A stretch of 64,000 nucleotides of DNA from Candidatus Uhrbacteria bacterium. Lineage in GTDB: Bacteria > Patescibacteriota > Patescibacteriia > JACQRZ01. The position numbers and the translations under genes are program-made. Shown piece by piece: positions 1 through 9,946 of the stretch. Numbering within the stretch: position 1 is the first letter of the stretch; each line of letters starts with the position of its first letter. Location: contig JACPHV010000002.1 in the NCBI GenBank assembly GCA_016188385.1, positions 101,682-165,681 of the forward strand. The letters run 5' to 3'. The notes under the pieces were generated by a model that saw nothing but the letters and a program-made list of their open reading frames with translations, was not told the DNA's origin and searched no databases.

Positions 1-1254
1 CATCGCATCAAATCGGTATCAGCGTATGAAATTCTGGATTCTCGAGGCAATCCGACTGTTCGTGCGCGCGTGGAATTGGATAATGGCGTGAGTGGAGTGG
101 CATCCGTGCCTTCGGGGGCATCAACCGGAATCCATGAGGCGCTTGAATTGCGCGACAATGATCCGAAACGTTTTAACGGCAAAGGTGTAGTAAAAGCCGT
201 CCGTAATGTAAATCGTAAAATCGCACCCTTGTTGCGCGGATATGATGTTCGCGATCAGCGATCAATTGATAGCGCAATGATCGGTCTGGATGGCACTGAA
301 AACAAATCACGTCTGGGAGCAAACTCAATCCTGGGCGTATCACTCGCATGCGCGCACGCGGCTGCATCATCGACTAAAAAACCGCTTTACCGATATTTGC
401 GCTCTCACACAAAGCTCGGAACAAAAACGCCTTATCGGCTGCCTTATCCGACAATGAATATTCTCAATGGCGGCAAACATGCCGACAGTGGGCTCTCCAT
501 CCAAGAGTTCATGATTATACCTCAAAGGCCGTCCCTTCGTGAACGCGTGCGTATCGGCGCTGAAGTATTCAGCGCATTAAAAAGATTGCTAGTAAAAAAG
601 AACTTTTCAACGCTCGTTGGAGACGAGGGCGGATTTGCTCCCCGCATTGGAACAAATGAACGCGCGCTGAAATTGATCATGAACGCAATCACGACGGCCG
701 GATATCTGCCCGGTAAAGATGTCCTCCTTGGGTTGGATCTAGCTGCGTCGGAATTCTATGATTCTACCACAGGACTATACTCGCTCGAACACGATAAAAA
801 GCCGATTTCGTCCGATCGTATGATTGAAATCATCGATGATTGGAAAACCCGCTATCCGTTATACATTATAGAAGATCCCCTTGATCAAGATGACTGGGCC
901 GGTTGGGCGCGTATCACAAAAAAGCTACGTCACAAGGTTAAATTGGTGGGAGATGATCTTTTTGTCACCAATATCAAACGGCTCAAGGCTGGAATTGACA
1001 AGGGAGTCGCAAATGCTATCTTGATAAAACTTAATCAGATTGGCAGCGTGTCAGAAACGCTTGATTGTATATCTCTGGCGCAGAAGCATTCTTATACGGT
1101 AATCGTATCGCATCGATCCGGCGAGACAGGCGATACCACCATCGCTGACCTTGCGGTAGCAACCAATTCCGACTATATCAAAACGGGGAGCTTATCGAGA
1201 TCGGAGCGGGTGGAGAAATATAATCGACTTATCGAGATCGAGCAGGAAATTTGA
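1..1254 (+). CDS. eno: Enolase (5' end truncated by window edge)
   Basis: Frame 1 is open from base 1 (HRIKSVSAYEILDSRGNPTV); motifs VPSGASTG, GDEGG, ILIKLNQIG, SHRSGET, KTGS..RSER..KYN. Confidence 0.98.
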   Translation, partial: HRIKSVSAYEILDSRGNPTVRARVELDNGVSGVASVPSGASTGIHEALELRDNDPKRFNGKGVVKAVRNVNRKIAPLLRGYDVRDQRSIDSAMIGLDGTENKSRLGANSILGVSLACAHAAASSTKKPLYRYLRSHTKLGTKTPYRLPYPTMNILNGGKHADSGLSIQEFMIIPQRPSLRERVRIGAEVFSALKRLLVKKNFSTLVGDEGGFAPRIGTNERALKLIMNAITTAGYLPGKDVLLGLDLAASEFYDSTTGLYSLEHDKKPISSDRMIEIIDDWKTRYPLYIIEDPLDQDDWAGWARITKKLRHKVKLVGDDLFVTNIKRLKAGIDKGVANAILIKLNQIGSVSETLDCISLAQKHSYTVIVSHRSGETGDTTIADLAVATNSDYIKTGSLSRSERVEKYNRLIEIEQEI

Positions 1255-1327
1255 GACTGATGAAATATAGCTTCCCGGGACAGGAGCTGAAAGACTGGTA
1301 ACCTCAGATATTTTGCTACAGACTCAA
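1251..1327. repeat. Palindromic element family A, short copy A1 (reverse orientation)
   Basis: TTGAGACTG...CAGACTCAA termini; reverse complement shares GTAGCAAAATATC and CCGGGAAGCTAT with copies at 12961 and 16640; overlaps the eno TGA. Confidence 0.8.
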
Positions 1328-1335
1328 TTAAGATT

Positions 1336-2931
1336 ATGGCCGAACAATCAGTTCTGAAACATCGCCCCGTCGTTCTGGCAGTACTAGACGGATGGGGAGT
1401 GAGCGTACCGTCGCGCGCAAATGCTATTACGCAGGCCCGAGCGCCCTTTTGGGATTCACTTCTTCGTTCATATCCTGCTACAACGCTTCAAGCTTCAGGC
1501 GAAGCAACAGGACTGCCGTGGGGAGAATCCGGCAACTCGGAAGTCGGGCACATGAATATAGGGGCGGGACGAATCGTATATCAGGAGCTTACGAGGATAC
1601 ATGCGGCGATTCGCACACATACGTTCCAGACAAACAAGGCATTCCAGCAGATTTTTTCACATGTAAAAAAGTCCGGGGGTACTCTGCATATTGTAGGGCT
1701 CGTAAGCACCGGAGGGGTACATTCGCATAGTGATCATCTCTATGCCCTCTTGGAAGCCGCTAAATCCGCGGACATTACACGCCTCGCTTTGCACGCGATT
1801 CTAGATGGCAGGGATACTCCGTATGCCAGCGGTATCCAGCATATTGAGCGACTACAGGAATACCTAAAAGGTACGCATTGGCGGGTGGCAACACTGTCCG
1901 GCAGATTTTATGCCATGGATCGCGACAACCATTGGGACCGCATACAGGCGGCATATCAAGTGATTGCCCGAGGAGAAGGCAAAACGTCCGCAGCCAGTCC
2001 GGTCGCGACAATAAAAAAATCCTATGATTCCGGCATCTACGATGAGAATTTTGTTCCGACCATTCTCGCGGATGACGAACATCCTCCGACGACAGTTCAA
2101 GAAGGGGATGGTCTCCTATTTTTTAACATCCGCGCTGATCGCATGCGGCAGATTGTATCAGCTTTTTGTAATCCCGATTTTGCTAAGTTTGAACATCATC
2201 GCTATGCATCGCTTGCAATCGTCACCGCGACTCAATACGATGCTTACTTCCCCGTATCGGTCGCGTTCCCTCCTCAATCGTTAAAAAATTGTCTTGCGGA
2301 GTATATTAGTGCTCATAAACTCAAGCAACTACATACCGCGGAAACTGAAAAATATGCCCATATCACATACTTTCTCAATGGCGGACGCGAAGAACCCTAT
2401 CCTGGCGAAAAAAGAGTGATGGTGCCTTCTCCGGCGGTCGAATCTTATGCTAAAAAACCCGAGATGTCCGCGCACCGGATTACCGATGTCATACTGTCAT
2501 CGATCCAGGATGACGAATACGATTTTATCGCATGCAATTTTGCAAATGCCGATATGGTCGGGCATACGGGAGACATGAACGCCACTATTCGCGCGATCGA
2601 AACGATGGATGAATGCTTCAAGCGTATCATACCGGCAGTGCTTCAAAAAGGAGGTGCTCTACTCATTACAGCCGACCACGGCAACGCGGAACAACTCCTT
2701 GATCTTCAGACAGGCACAATCAATAAAGAACACAGCAATAATCCGGTTCCGTGTATCATAATCGCAAGGGATCTTGAAGGCAAATCTCTTGATTTTATCG
2801 ATCCAATCGGGAGAGATTTGAGCGTAATCGAACCAAGCGGCTTGCTTTCAGATGTCGCGCCGACCATCTTGGATTTGCTCGGACTCGATAAGCCGAAAGA
2901 AATGACCGGCCGTTCACTCATTGAAAAATGA
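1336..2931 (+). CDS. gpmI: 2,3-bisphosphoglycerate-independent phosphoglycerate mutase
   Basis: LDGWG, GNSEVGH, DGRDT, GRFYAMDRD, ETEKYAH, DMVGHTG, TADHGN motifs. Confidence 0.97.
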   Translation: MAEQSVLKHRPVVLAVLDGWGVSVPSRANAITQARAPFWDSLLRSYPATTLQASGEATGLPWGESGNSEVGHMNIGAGRIVYQELTRIHAAIRTHTFQTNKAFQQIFSHVKKSGGTLHIVGLVSTGGVHSHSDHLYALLEAAKSADITRLALHAILDGRDTPYASGIQHIERLQEYLKGTHWRVATLSGRFYAMDRDNHWDRIQAAYQVIARGEGKTSAASPVATIKKSYDSGIYDENFVPTILADDEHPPTTVQEGDGLLFFNIRADRMRQIVSAFCNPDFAKFEHHRYASLAIVTATQYDAYFPVSVAFPPQSLKNCLAEYISAHKLKQLHTAETEKYAHITYFLNGGREEPYPGEKRVMVPSPAVESYAKKPEMSAHRITDVILSSIQDDEYDFIACNFANADMVGHTGDMNATIRAIETMDECFKRIIPAVLQKGGALLITADHGNAEQLLDLQTGTINKEHSNNPVPCIIIARDLEGKSLDFIDPIGRDLSVIEPSGLLSDVAPTILDLLGLDKPKEMTGRSLIEK

Positions 2932-2935
2932 ATGT

Positions 2936-3997
2936 ATGATTTCATTTCTTGAATCATTTTTCGGGCGATTCGCTCACGATCTTGGCATCGATCTTGGTAC
3001 GGCGAACACGCTCGTTTATACAAAAGAAAAGGGGATAGTAATAAACGAACCTTCAGTAGTGGCGGTAAATATCCGAACCGACCAGATATTAGCTGTCGGA
3101 CAAGAAGCATATCGAATGGTTGGTAGAACGCCTGCTCATATAGTCGCAAATAAACCCTTGGTTGACGGGGTAATCTCTGATTTTGAGGTTTCTGAAAAAA
3201 TGCTTAAATATTTTTTTCGAAAAGTTAATAAAGAGACATTTCTTTTCTCGCCTCGCCCCCGCGTCGTTATCGGAATTCCATTGGATGTCACCGAAGTGGA
3301 GCGCAAAGCGGTTGAAGATGCCGTACACTCCGCCGGCGGCCGCGAAGTGTACCTAATCGAGCAACCCATGGCCGCAGCCATCGGAGCCCGTCTGCCGGTG
3401 CAAGATTCGAGAGGATGGCTCGTCGTGGATATCGGAGGCGGGACTACCGATATCGCTGTCATCTCGCTGGGCGGCATTGTCACTTCCCGTTCATTAAAGA
3501 TTGCCGGCAACGAGCTGAATGATGATATCATTAAATTTTCGCGAGATTATTTTAATGTCTTGCTCGGCGAGCGCACCGGAGAGCACATTAAGATAAAGAT
3601 CGGCACGGCAGAACATCCTACCGAACCACTCTATATGAAAGTGCGCGGACGCGATTTACTCACCGGCCTGCCGAAGGAAATCATTATCGATTCACTGCAA
3701 ATTCGTGATGCGCTTTCAAAAAGCGTGCGTACGATCGTAGACAGTATACGCAGCACCATCGAAAGTACGCCACCGGAGCTTGTTGCCGATATTGCGGAGA
3801 ACGGCATACTTCTTACCGGCGGGGGTGCGCTCTTGAAAGGATTGGATAGATTAATCGCTGAAGCGACCGGCATACCGGTTATCATAGCGGAAGATCCTCT
3901 CACATGCGTCGTGAGAGGTACCGCTATTCTGCTTGATGATATTGATTTGCTCAAACGCGTGGCATCAATGGAGCCGCAACAGCGATATCCTTTATAG
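2936..3997 (+). CDS. mreB: Rod shape-determining protein MreB
   Basis: GIDLGTANT, EPSVVA, DIGGGTT, LTGGGALL; start ATG 2936 chosen (track ORF starts 2921). Confidence 0.96.
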   Translation: MISFLESFFGRFAHDLGIDLGTANTLVYTKEKGIVINEPSVVAVNIRTDQILAVGQEAYRMVGRTPAHIVANKPLVDGVISDFEVSEKMLKYFFRKVNKETFLFSPRPRVVIGIPLDVTEVERKAVEDAVHSAGGREVYLIEQPMAAAIGARLPVQDSRGWLVVDIGGGTTDIAVISLGGIVTSRSLKIAGNELNDDIIKFSRDYFNVLLGERTGEHIKIKIGTAEHPTEPLYMKVRGRDLLTGLPKEIIIDSLQIRDALSKSVRTIVDSIRSTIESTPPELVADIAENGILLTGGGALLKGLDRLIAEATGIPVIIAEDPLTCVVRGTAILLDDIDLLKRVASMEPQQRYPL

Positions 3998-4010
3998 ATC
4001 ATGATACTGT

Positions 4011-4799
4011 ATGTGGAAATGGATTTTTTTGATTGGGGCGGCGGCTATAGCAGTATTCATACCGCTCTTTGATACTGGTGAAAGTATCGCGAAAAAATCG
4101 ATTGGTACGGCTGTCCGGCTTGTAGCTGATTCGTTTCCGCCGCTTATCGAGCTGTTGTCATCTGATACTTCCCAAGAGACAGTGGAGTCTTTACGCGAAG
4201 AGCGCAATCGCTGCATTGCTCAATCGATCGAAAGCAAGCTCCTGCATGATGAAAATAATAAACTCAAATCCATGCTCTCGTTCCGAGATACACAGGATCT
4301 GATGATGGTCACTGCCCATATCATTGGAAGAACGACAGATCCTGCTCAAAGCATGATCACGATTGATCGCGGTACACGAGATGGATTGAGAATAGGATTA
4401 CCGGTTGTCGCTCATGACGGTACGTTGATCGGACGAATCGGATATTCGGAACATGCGATAAGCGGAGTGAAACTCTTGAACAGCCCTGGAAATAAGACGC
4501 TTGCTGCCTATGAAAGCGCCTCAAACACTTTTATACAGGGTGTTGTGGAAGGAAAATTCCAGACCGGACTTCAGCTATCATTGATCCCTATTACCGAACC
4601 GGCGGAACGCGGACTGATGGTCTTTACATCAGGGCTCGAGAATGATATTCCTCGCGGACTCCTCATCGGATTCTTGTCTGACGTCACAGCTGCACCGGCA
4701 GATTTATTTTATACGATAACAATTCGACCCGCCATACAAATTTCATCTGTTCGCGATGTCGGCATACTTGTCAAACCTACTCATAAATCCGGGGAATGA
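4011..4799 (+). CDS. mreC: Rod shape-determining protein MreC
   Basis: N-terminal TM, coiled coil (ENNKLKSML), IDRGTRDG, TSGL..IPRGLLIG; directly follows mreB. Confidence 0.9.
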   Translation: MWKWIFLIGAAAIAVFIPLFDTGESIAKKSIGTAVRLVADSFPPLIELLSSDTSQETVESLREERNRCIAQSIESKLLHDENNKLKSMLSFRDTQDLMMVTAHIIGRTTDPAQSMITIDRGTRDGLRIGLPVVAHDGTLIGRIGYSEHAISGVKLLNSPGNKTLAAYESASNTFIQGVVEGKFQTGLQLSLIPITEPAERGLMVFTSGLENDIPRGLLIGFLSDVTAAPADLFYTITIRPAIQISSVRDVGILVKPTHKSGE

Positions 4800-6592
4800 A
4801 CCTGCGTAATTTTTGCATTATCGCCCATATAGACCATGGGAAATCAACGTTGGCAGATCGGCTGCTGGAATATACATCAACTGTTTCAAAACGGGAGATG
4901 AAAGAACAGCTGCTTGACCAAATGGATCTCGAGCGTGAGCGCGGCATCACGATCAAATTGCAGCCTGTGCGAATGAAATACATGTCCGCGCATGGTACTA
5001 TGATATTCAATTTGATCGATACGCCCGGCCATGTGGATTTTTCCTATGAGGTCTCCCGCTCCCTCGCGGCTGTTGAGGGCGCGATTCTTCTTGTGGATGC
5101 TACACAAGGAATCCAGGCACAGACGCTTGCGAATCTATATCTTGCCCTTGAGCAAGATATAGCCATCATTCCGGTTCTAAATAAAATCGACCTGCCAAGC
5201 GCAAGACCCGATGAAGTCGCCTCTGAAATCATGACTTTGCTCGGATGCCGCCGCGATGAAATCCTTGAGGTATCAGGGAAGACCGGCCAAGGAGTAGAGC
5301 TATTAATGCAAGAAATCTGCAAACGCATACCCGAGCCGGCACAATCGAAAGAACCGCATCTTCGGGCGCTCATCTTTGATTCTGTCTATGATGAGTATCG
5401 AGGAGTAGTTGCGTATGTGCGTCTCTTTGGCGGTACGGCACGTCGAGGCAGTAGTGTGTATTATAAGGGCACGGGGACGAAAATGGATGTAATCGAGGTC
5501 GGCTATTTCAAACCTCATTATTCGGCGACAGATGTAATTGCGGACGGCGAGATCGGATATATCGTCACGGGATTGAAAAATATATCTGACGCGCGTGTGG
5601 GCGATACGATCATCTCTGCCGAACATCTCATGACGACTGCTCTTCCAGGCTATAAGGAAGCAAAGCCAATGGTATTCGCGGGATTTTTCTCAAAGGATGG
5701 CGATCAGACGCGTGAACTTCGTGAAGCTATCGAAAAATTAAAATTAAATGATGCGGCCTTAGTGTTCGAACCGGAACATTCTCCGGCGTTGGGCTTTGGG
5801 TTCCGCTGCGGATTTTTAGGGTTGCTTCATTTGGAAATTACGCAGGAACGTCTGAAGCGCGAATACGGTATTAATCTTATTGTTACGGTACCGTCAGTGG
5901 CATATCGTATCAGGACGCTCGCGGAAGGAGCTTCTATCATAAGGAGTCCAAGTGAATTGCCGGACGTAATTGAATCCATCGAAGAACCCTGGGTACGCGC
6001 GGATATCATTACACCGGAACAATCGATCGGCGGGATCATGAAGCTGCTGTCGGAGCGCAAAGGAATGTACCGCAATACGGAATATCTGACCACCGCAGAT
6101 GCGGCAGTCGCGCGCAGAGTTATTATTCATGCTGATATACCACTTGCATCGATTCTTGTTGACTTTTATGATATACTTAAAAGCGTGTCTGCCGGATACG
6201 CATCGCTTAACTATGAGCTTTCGGATTATCGGCCCGCAACCGTTGCCAAGCTTGTCATTTCTGTTGCCGGCGATGAGGTTGAGGCTCTTACATCGATCGT
6301 ATACAGGGATCAGGCATATCATATTGGGCGAAAGATCGTTGAATCCCTCAAAGGGTTGTTGACAAGACAACAATTTGAGATACGCATCCAGGCCTCAATA
6401 GGGGGGAAGGTGATCGCTTCCGACCGCATCGCTCCGCTGCGTAAAGACGTGACGGCAAAACTGTATGGAGGGGATGTAACGCGCAAGCAGAAACTTCTCG
6501 AAAAACAAAAAAAGGGGAAAAAGCGTATGCGAGCGGGCGGCCATGTAGATATTCCAACCGAGGCCTATCTTTCAATACTCAAACGTTCATAG
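4796..6592 (+). CDS. lepA: Elongation factor 4
   Basis: AHIDHGKSTLADR, ERERGITIK, DTPGHVDF, GFRCGFLGLLH, KLYGGDVTRKQKLLEKQKKGK. Confidence 0.98.
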   Translation: MNLRNFCIIAHIDHGKSTLADRLLEYTSTVSKREMKEQLLDQMDLERERGITIKLQPVRMKYMSAHGTMIFNLIDTPGHVDFSYEVSRSLAAVEGAILLVDATQGIQAQTLANLYLALEQDIAIIPVLNKIDLPSARPDEVASEIMTLLGCRRDEILEVSGKTGQGVELLMQEICKRIPEPAQSKEPHLRALIFDSVYDEYRGVVAYVRLFGGTARRGSSVYYKGTGTKMDVIEVGYFKPHYSATDVIADGEIGYIVTGLKNISDARVGDTIISAEHLMTTALPGYKEAKPMVFAGFFSKDGDQTRELREAIEKLKLNDAALVFEPEHSPALGFGFRCGFLGLLHLEITQERLKREYGINLIVTVPSVAYRIRTLAEGASIIRSPSELPDVIESIEEPWVRADIITPEQSIGGIMKLLSERKGMYRNTEYLTTADAAVARRVIIHADIPLASILVDFYDILKSVSAGYASLNYELSDYRPATVAKLVISVAGDEVEALTSIVYRDQAYHIGRKIVESLKGLLTRQQFEIRIQASIGGKVIASDRIAPLRKDVTAKLYGGDVTRKQKLLEKQKKGKKRMRAGGHVDIPTEAYLSILKRS

Positions 6593-6618
6593 CGTACTTT
6601 CATCTAACCAGTCATAGT

Positions 6619-6714
6619 ATGTCCAAAAAAAAGCAAAAAATTGTGTTTATCATTCTTGCGGTGATTGTCACCGCGAGCATGGTAATTACCTCCCTTACAA
6701 CTCCATTTTTTTAA
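6619..6714 (+). CDS. 31-aa single-pass membrane microprotein (DUF4044/Prli42-like pattern), absent from the ORF track
   Basis: Hand translation MSKKKQKIVFIILAVIVTASMVITSLTTPFF*: basic N-terminus plus one TM helix, filling the gap after lepA. Confidence 0.65.
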   Translation: MSKKKQKIVFIILAVIVTASMVITSLTTPFF

Positions 6715-6724
6715 TTTGGCCGCT

Positions 6725-6904
6725 ATGCAGCCGCAAGCACAAGTATCGGCCACAGTTATCAAGCAGCCATGGGATGAAATTAGATCATTCTTTGGACTAT
6801 TCACGGATCCAATAAGCTATTCGAGTATAGCGGTTTTGGTCGGTACCGGTATTGCGCTTATGATAGTTTTTTTCATGATGAGATCGCGACATGGGAACAA
6901 ATGA
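6725..6904 (+). CDS. Small membrane protein (one C-terminal TM helix)
   Basis: ATG at 6725; hydrophobic SSIAVLVGTGIALMIVFFMM followed by a basic tail; overlaps the recJ start. Confidence 0.55.
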   Translation: MQPQAQVSATVIKQPWDEIRSFFGLFTDPISYSSIAVLVGTGIALMIVFFMMRSRHGNK

Positions 6905-8624
6905 AGTCGTTCTAGCTCAAATCTCGCCGATGCGCTCCCCAGACGAGATTCACAGTCTCGTGTCACGGATTCTTGTTTCGAGAGGGTACGTGAATGAGCA
7001 GCAGCAGCATCGTTTTTTGCATCCCGACTATACGCGTGATATCGGTGACCCGTTTTTATTTGATGATATGCAGCGTGCTATCGATCGAATACGCGCCGCG
7101 ATCGACTCAAATGAATTAATTACGATCTATGGCGACTATGATGTTGATGGCGTATGCGCCACGGCTGTGCTTTTTGATACGCTGCGAATGCTGGATGCGC
7201 GGGTAGATGTTGTAATCAATCATCGCGAACGAGACGGCTACGGGCTGCAAATAAAAATGCTTGAGCTAATCCACCGCGCAGGATCTACTCTTGTAATCAC
7301 TGACGATTCCGGTATTTCCAATGCGGCTGAAGTCGCGTTTGCAGTCGAACGAGGGATCGATGTGATCATAACCGATCATCATCAGATCCCTCCAGTTGAT
7401 ATGCTGCCGCAAGCATACGCGATCATCCATCCGCTTGTGCGGGCGGATCGCTATCCTTGCAAACACCTTGTCGGCGCCGGAGTTGCGTTTAAGGTCGTTC
7501 AGGCGCTCCTAAGATGCCCCTGGGTGCGTGATATATTTTTAAAAAAGGACATTTCGATTGAAGGATTTGAAAAATGGATGCTTGACATTGTAGCTGTTGC
7601 AACCGTTGCGGATTGCATGCCGCTTCTCGATGAAAACCGTGCGATCGTCAAGTACGGGCTCATCGTATTAAATAAAACGAAGCGTCTCGGTCTCCGCCAT
7701 TTGCTTTCTTGCGCTCGACTTTCCGAAAAACAAATCACAACACATTCGATCGGCTTTGGCATTGCTCCGCGACTGAATGCCGCGAGCAGAATGGAACATG
7801 GTAAAATCGCATTTGAATTACTCACGACATCTGATGAAGAGATGGCGCAAGAGCTGGCGCAGACGTTAGAGCATACGAATGTTCGTCGGCAAAAGCTCAC
7901 GGAAACCATTGTGCGCGCCGCTCGCATGGCAGTATCCCGCCAAGTCGAAGAGGGGAAAAAAATATTGATCGGCATAGGGGACTCATGGCCGTTGGGCATA
8001 CTCGGGTTAGTTGCGTCACGCTTAATGAATGAATTCAAACGGCCGGTTATCTTGGTGACGGCGGCAGAAGCAGGAAGGGTCGGCGCGGCGAGGAGTATTG
8101 CTTCGGTTCATATCACCAATATATTTCATCGCTTCGAATATTTCTTCTTACGTTTTGGCGGCCATGCTGCCGCCGGGGGTTTTTCTCTTAAGCCAACTAC
8201 TGATACCGATCTGTTCGTTAATGCAATCCATGATCACGCGGACAAAGAAGTCTCTTTGCAGCCGCATGAATTGGAGGGATCGCCTGACGCGGAGATTCGT
8301 TTGGCTGATATTACTTTAGATCTTGCGGAACAATTGCAGCTTCTTGAGCCACATGGCATCGGCAATCCCAAACCCATTTTTCGTATCTCAAACGTCACAA
8401 TTCAGGCTATGGAACGAGTTGGCTCGCAAAAGCAGCATATAAGACTGCTCCTCTCCGACGGCGTGGCGTCCCGCAAAGCAATAGCGTTCTCGCATGCCTC
8501 TCGAATTGACAAGCTCGAACTGCTTGAAGGTGAGAGCGTAAGCGTCATCGCAGAAATCGATGTTCATGAATGGCGTATGACGAGGGAGACGCAACTCACG
8601 ATTCGCACACTATCAAGGCCCTAG
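6891..8624 (+). CDS. recJ: ssDNA-specific exonuclease RecJ
   Basis: YGDYDVDG, ITDHH, ADCMPL, PRLNAASR, GGHAAAGG (DHH/DHHA1). Confidence 0.96.
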   Translation: MGTNEVVLAQISPMRSPDEIHSLVSRILVSRGYVNEQQQHRFLHPDYTRDIGDPFLFDDMQRAIDRIRAAIDSNELITIYGDYDVDGVCATAVLFDTLRMLDARVDVVINHRERDGYGLQIKMLELIHRAGSTLVITDDSGISNAAEVAFAVERGIDVIITDHHQIPPVDMLPQAYAIIHPLVRADRYPCKHLVGAGVAFKVVQALLRCPWVRDIFLKKDISIEGFEKWMLDIVAVATVADCMPLLDENRAIVKYGLIVLNKTKRLGLRHLLSCARLSEKQITTHSIGFGIAPRLNAASRMEHGKIAFELLTTSDEEMAQELAQTLEHTNVRRQKLTETIVRAARMAVSRQVEEGKKILIGIGDSWPLGILGLVASRLMNEFKRPVILVTAAEAGRVGAARSIASVHITNIFHRFEYFFLRFGGHAAAGGFSLKPTTDTDLFVNAIHDHADKEVSLQPHELEGSPDAEIRLADITLDLAEQLQLLEPHGIGNPKPIFRISNVTIQAMERVGSQKQHIRLLLSDGVASRKAIAFSHASRIDKLELLEGESVSVIAEIDVHEWRMTRETQLTIRTLSRP

Positions 8625-8631
8625 TACTACT

Positions 8632-9048
8632 ATGAAAGCATTAATCCACACGGATGGCGGAGCGCGAGGAAACCCGGGACCGGCTGGCATCGGGGGGGTT
8701 ATACTCGACTCAACCACCGGCAAAGAGATTGAATATTCTCAATATATAGGCATTGCAACTAATAATCAGGCAGAATATCGATCATTGCTGCACGCGTTGT
8801 TGATCGCGCAAAAGCTCAAAGCGCGATCCGTGATTTGTTATTTGGATAGCGAATTAATCGTTAAGCAGCTTAATGGAGAGTATCGCGTAAAAAATCGCAT
8901 TCTCGGTCAAATCTTTCACCAGGTAAGGGATCTCGCGACACTATTTGAATCTGCTCAATTTATTCACATAAGAAGGGAGTTGAACAAACACGCTGATCGT
9001 CTTGTAAATAGCGCCATTGACAGCCATATTCGCTTGACGGAAGCATAG
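8632..9048 (+). CDS. rnhA: Ribonuclease HI family protein
   Basis: TDGGARGNPGPAGIG, TNNQAEY, DSELIVKQLNGEY, N..AD. Confidence 0.93.
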   Translation: MKALIHTDGGARGNPGPAGIGGVILDSTTGKEIEYSQYIGIATNNQAEYRSLLHALLIAQKLKARSVICYLDSELIVKQLNGEYRVKNRILGQIFHQVRDLATLFESAQFIHIRRELNKHADRLVNSAIDSHIRLTEA

Positions 9049-9062
9049 TACTGCCTTATACT
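9034..9062 (+). promoter_or_regulatory. Sigma70-type promoter for rnpB
   Basis: TTGACG-17 nt-TATACT, ending ~20 nt upstream of the P1 helix. Confidence 0.7.
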
Positions 9063-9080
9063 TTCTTTCATATTCTTTGA

Positions 9081-9878
9081 CAACACGAAAATAGGCTGTG
9101 CGATCACCTTCGCTTTATGGCGTGGGAGGAAAGTCCGAACATCCCCTCCGTTTTTGACGGGGGGACAGGGTAGTCGCTAATGGCGACCTAGGCGTAATGC
9201 AGCGGTGCTGATTTGCGGATATGAAGCGTGCTTATTGGCACGTTGCAATTTCGGACAGCAAACTACTGCATGATGCTTACGGGAAAGTGTCCTATCTCCA
9301 AAATCGAGATAGGATTCCCCAGCAATTATATTGATGGGGAGCAACAGAAAAGTCTTTCTGAAACGAAGGACCTCTCGAGGAAGATTCGAGAAGGAAGATA
9401 CCGCCCCGATCCGGGGTAAGGGTGAAATGGTGTGGAAGCTCAATCAAGAGCTGATCATGGAATACGATTATTTGTCAACAAGACATACATGGTTTCGATT
9501 CGCTTTGTTCTTCTGTTCTTTTATATACGATCGGTACCTGATTTGTGTTGACCGTATCTATGGGTAAGAGCGCACCAGAGCCGGAGTGATTCGGCTGCTT
9601 GGCAAACACCTACCTGATGCAAGAGCTCAATACGCTCGCTTGAACCCCCTTGGGGATTACCTGATGACAGTAAAGTCGTCACGCTTTTCCCTAATCGGGC
9701 TAGAGAGATGACCGCAGCATGTATAATTCGGGAAGTAATGAGCGTGATGGAAATTGAGTACCCCGAGTAAATATGATATCATTCCTTGTCATGTTGATTT
9801 GGATACTCAATTTATTACGTATGAACCCTTGAATGAACATGATACAGAATTCGGCTTATAGGCTCTATTTTCGTGTTG
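9081..9878 (+). ncRNA. rnpB: RNase P RNA, greatly expanded (~800 nt)
   Basis: GAGGAAAGTCCGAA (9126), GCAACAGAAA (9341), AAGGGTGAAA (9418), GGTAAGAGCGCACC (9563), ACAGAATTCGGCTTAT (9844); P1 CAACACGAAAATAG/CTATTTTCGTGTTG closes the molecule. Confidence 0.93.
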
Positions 9879-9946
9879 TGAGTGAGTAATTATATTTTGG
9901 TTTGAAATAAGCGTAGAGGTCAATAGAAGAAGCGTGGAAGTATTGT

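Noticed and set aside
9177-9567. Three short ORFs (88, 63 and 78 aa) in the track
   Set aside because: They lie inside the RNase P RNA and cross its conserved motifs; no homing endonuclease or other protein motif is visible
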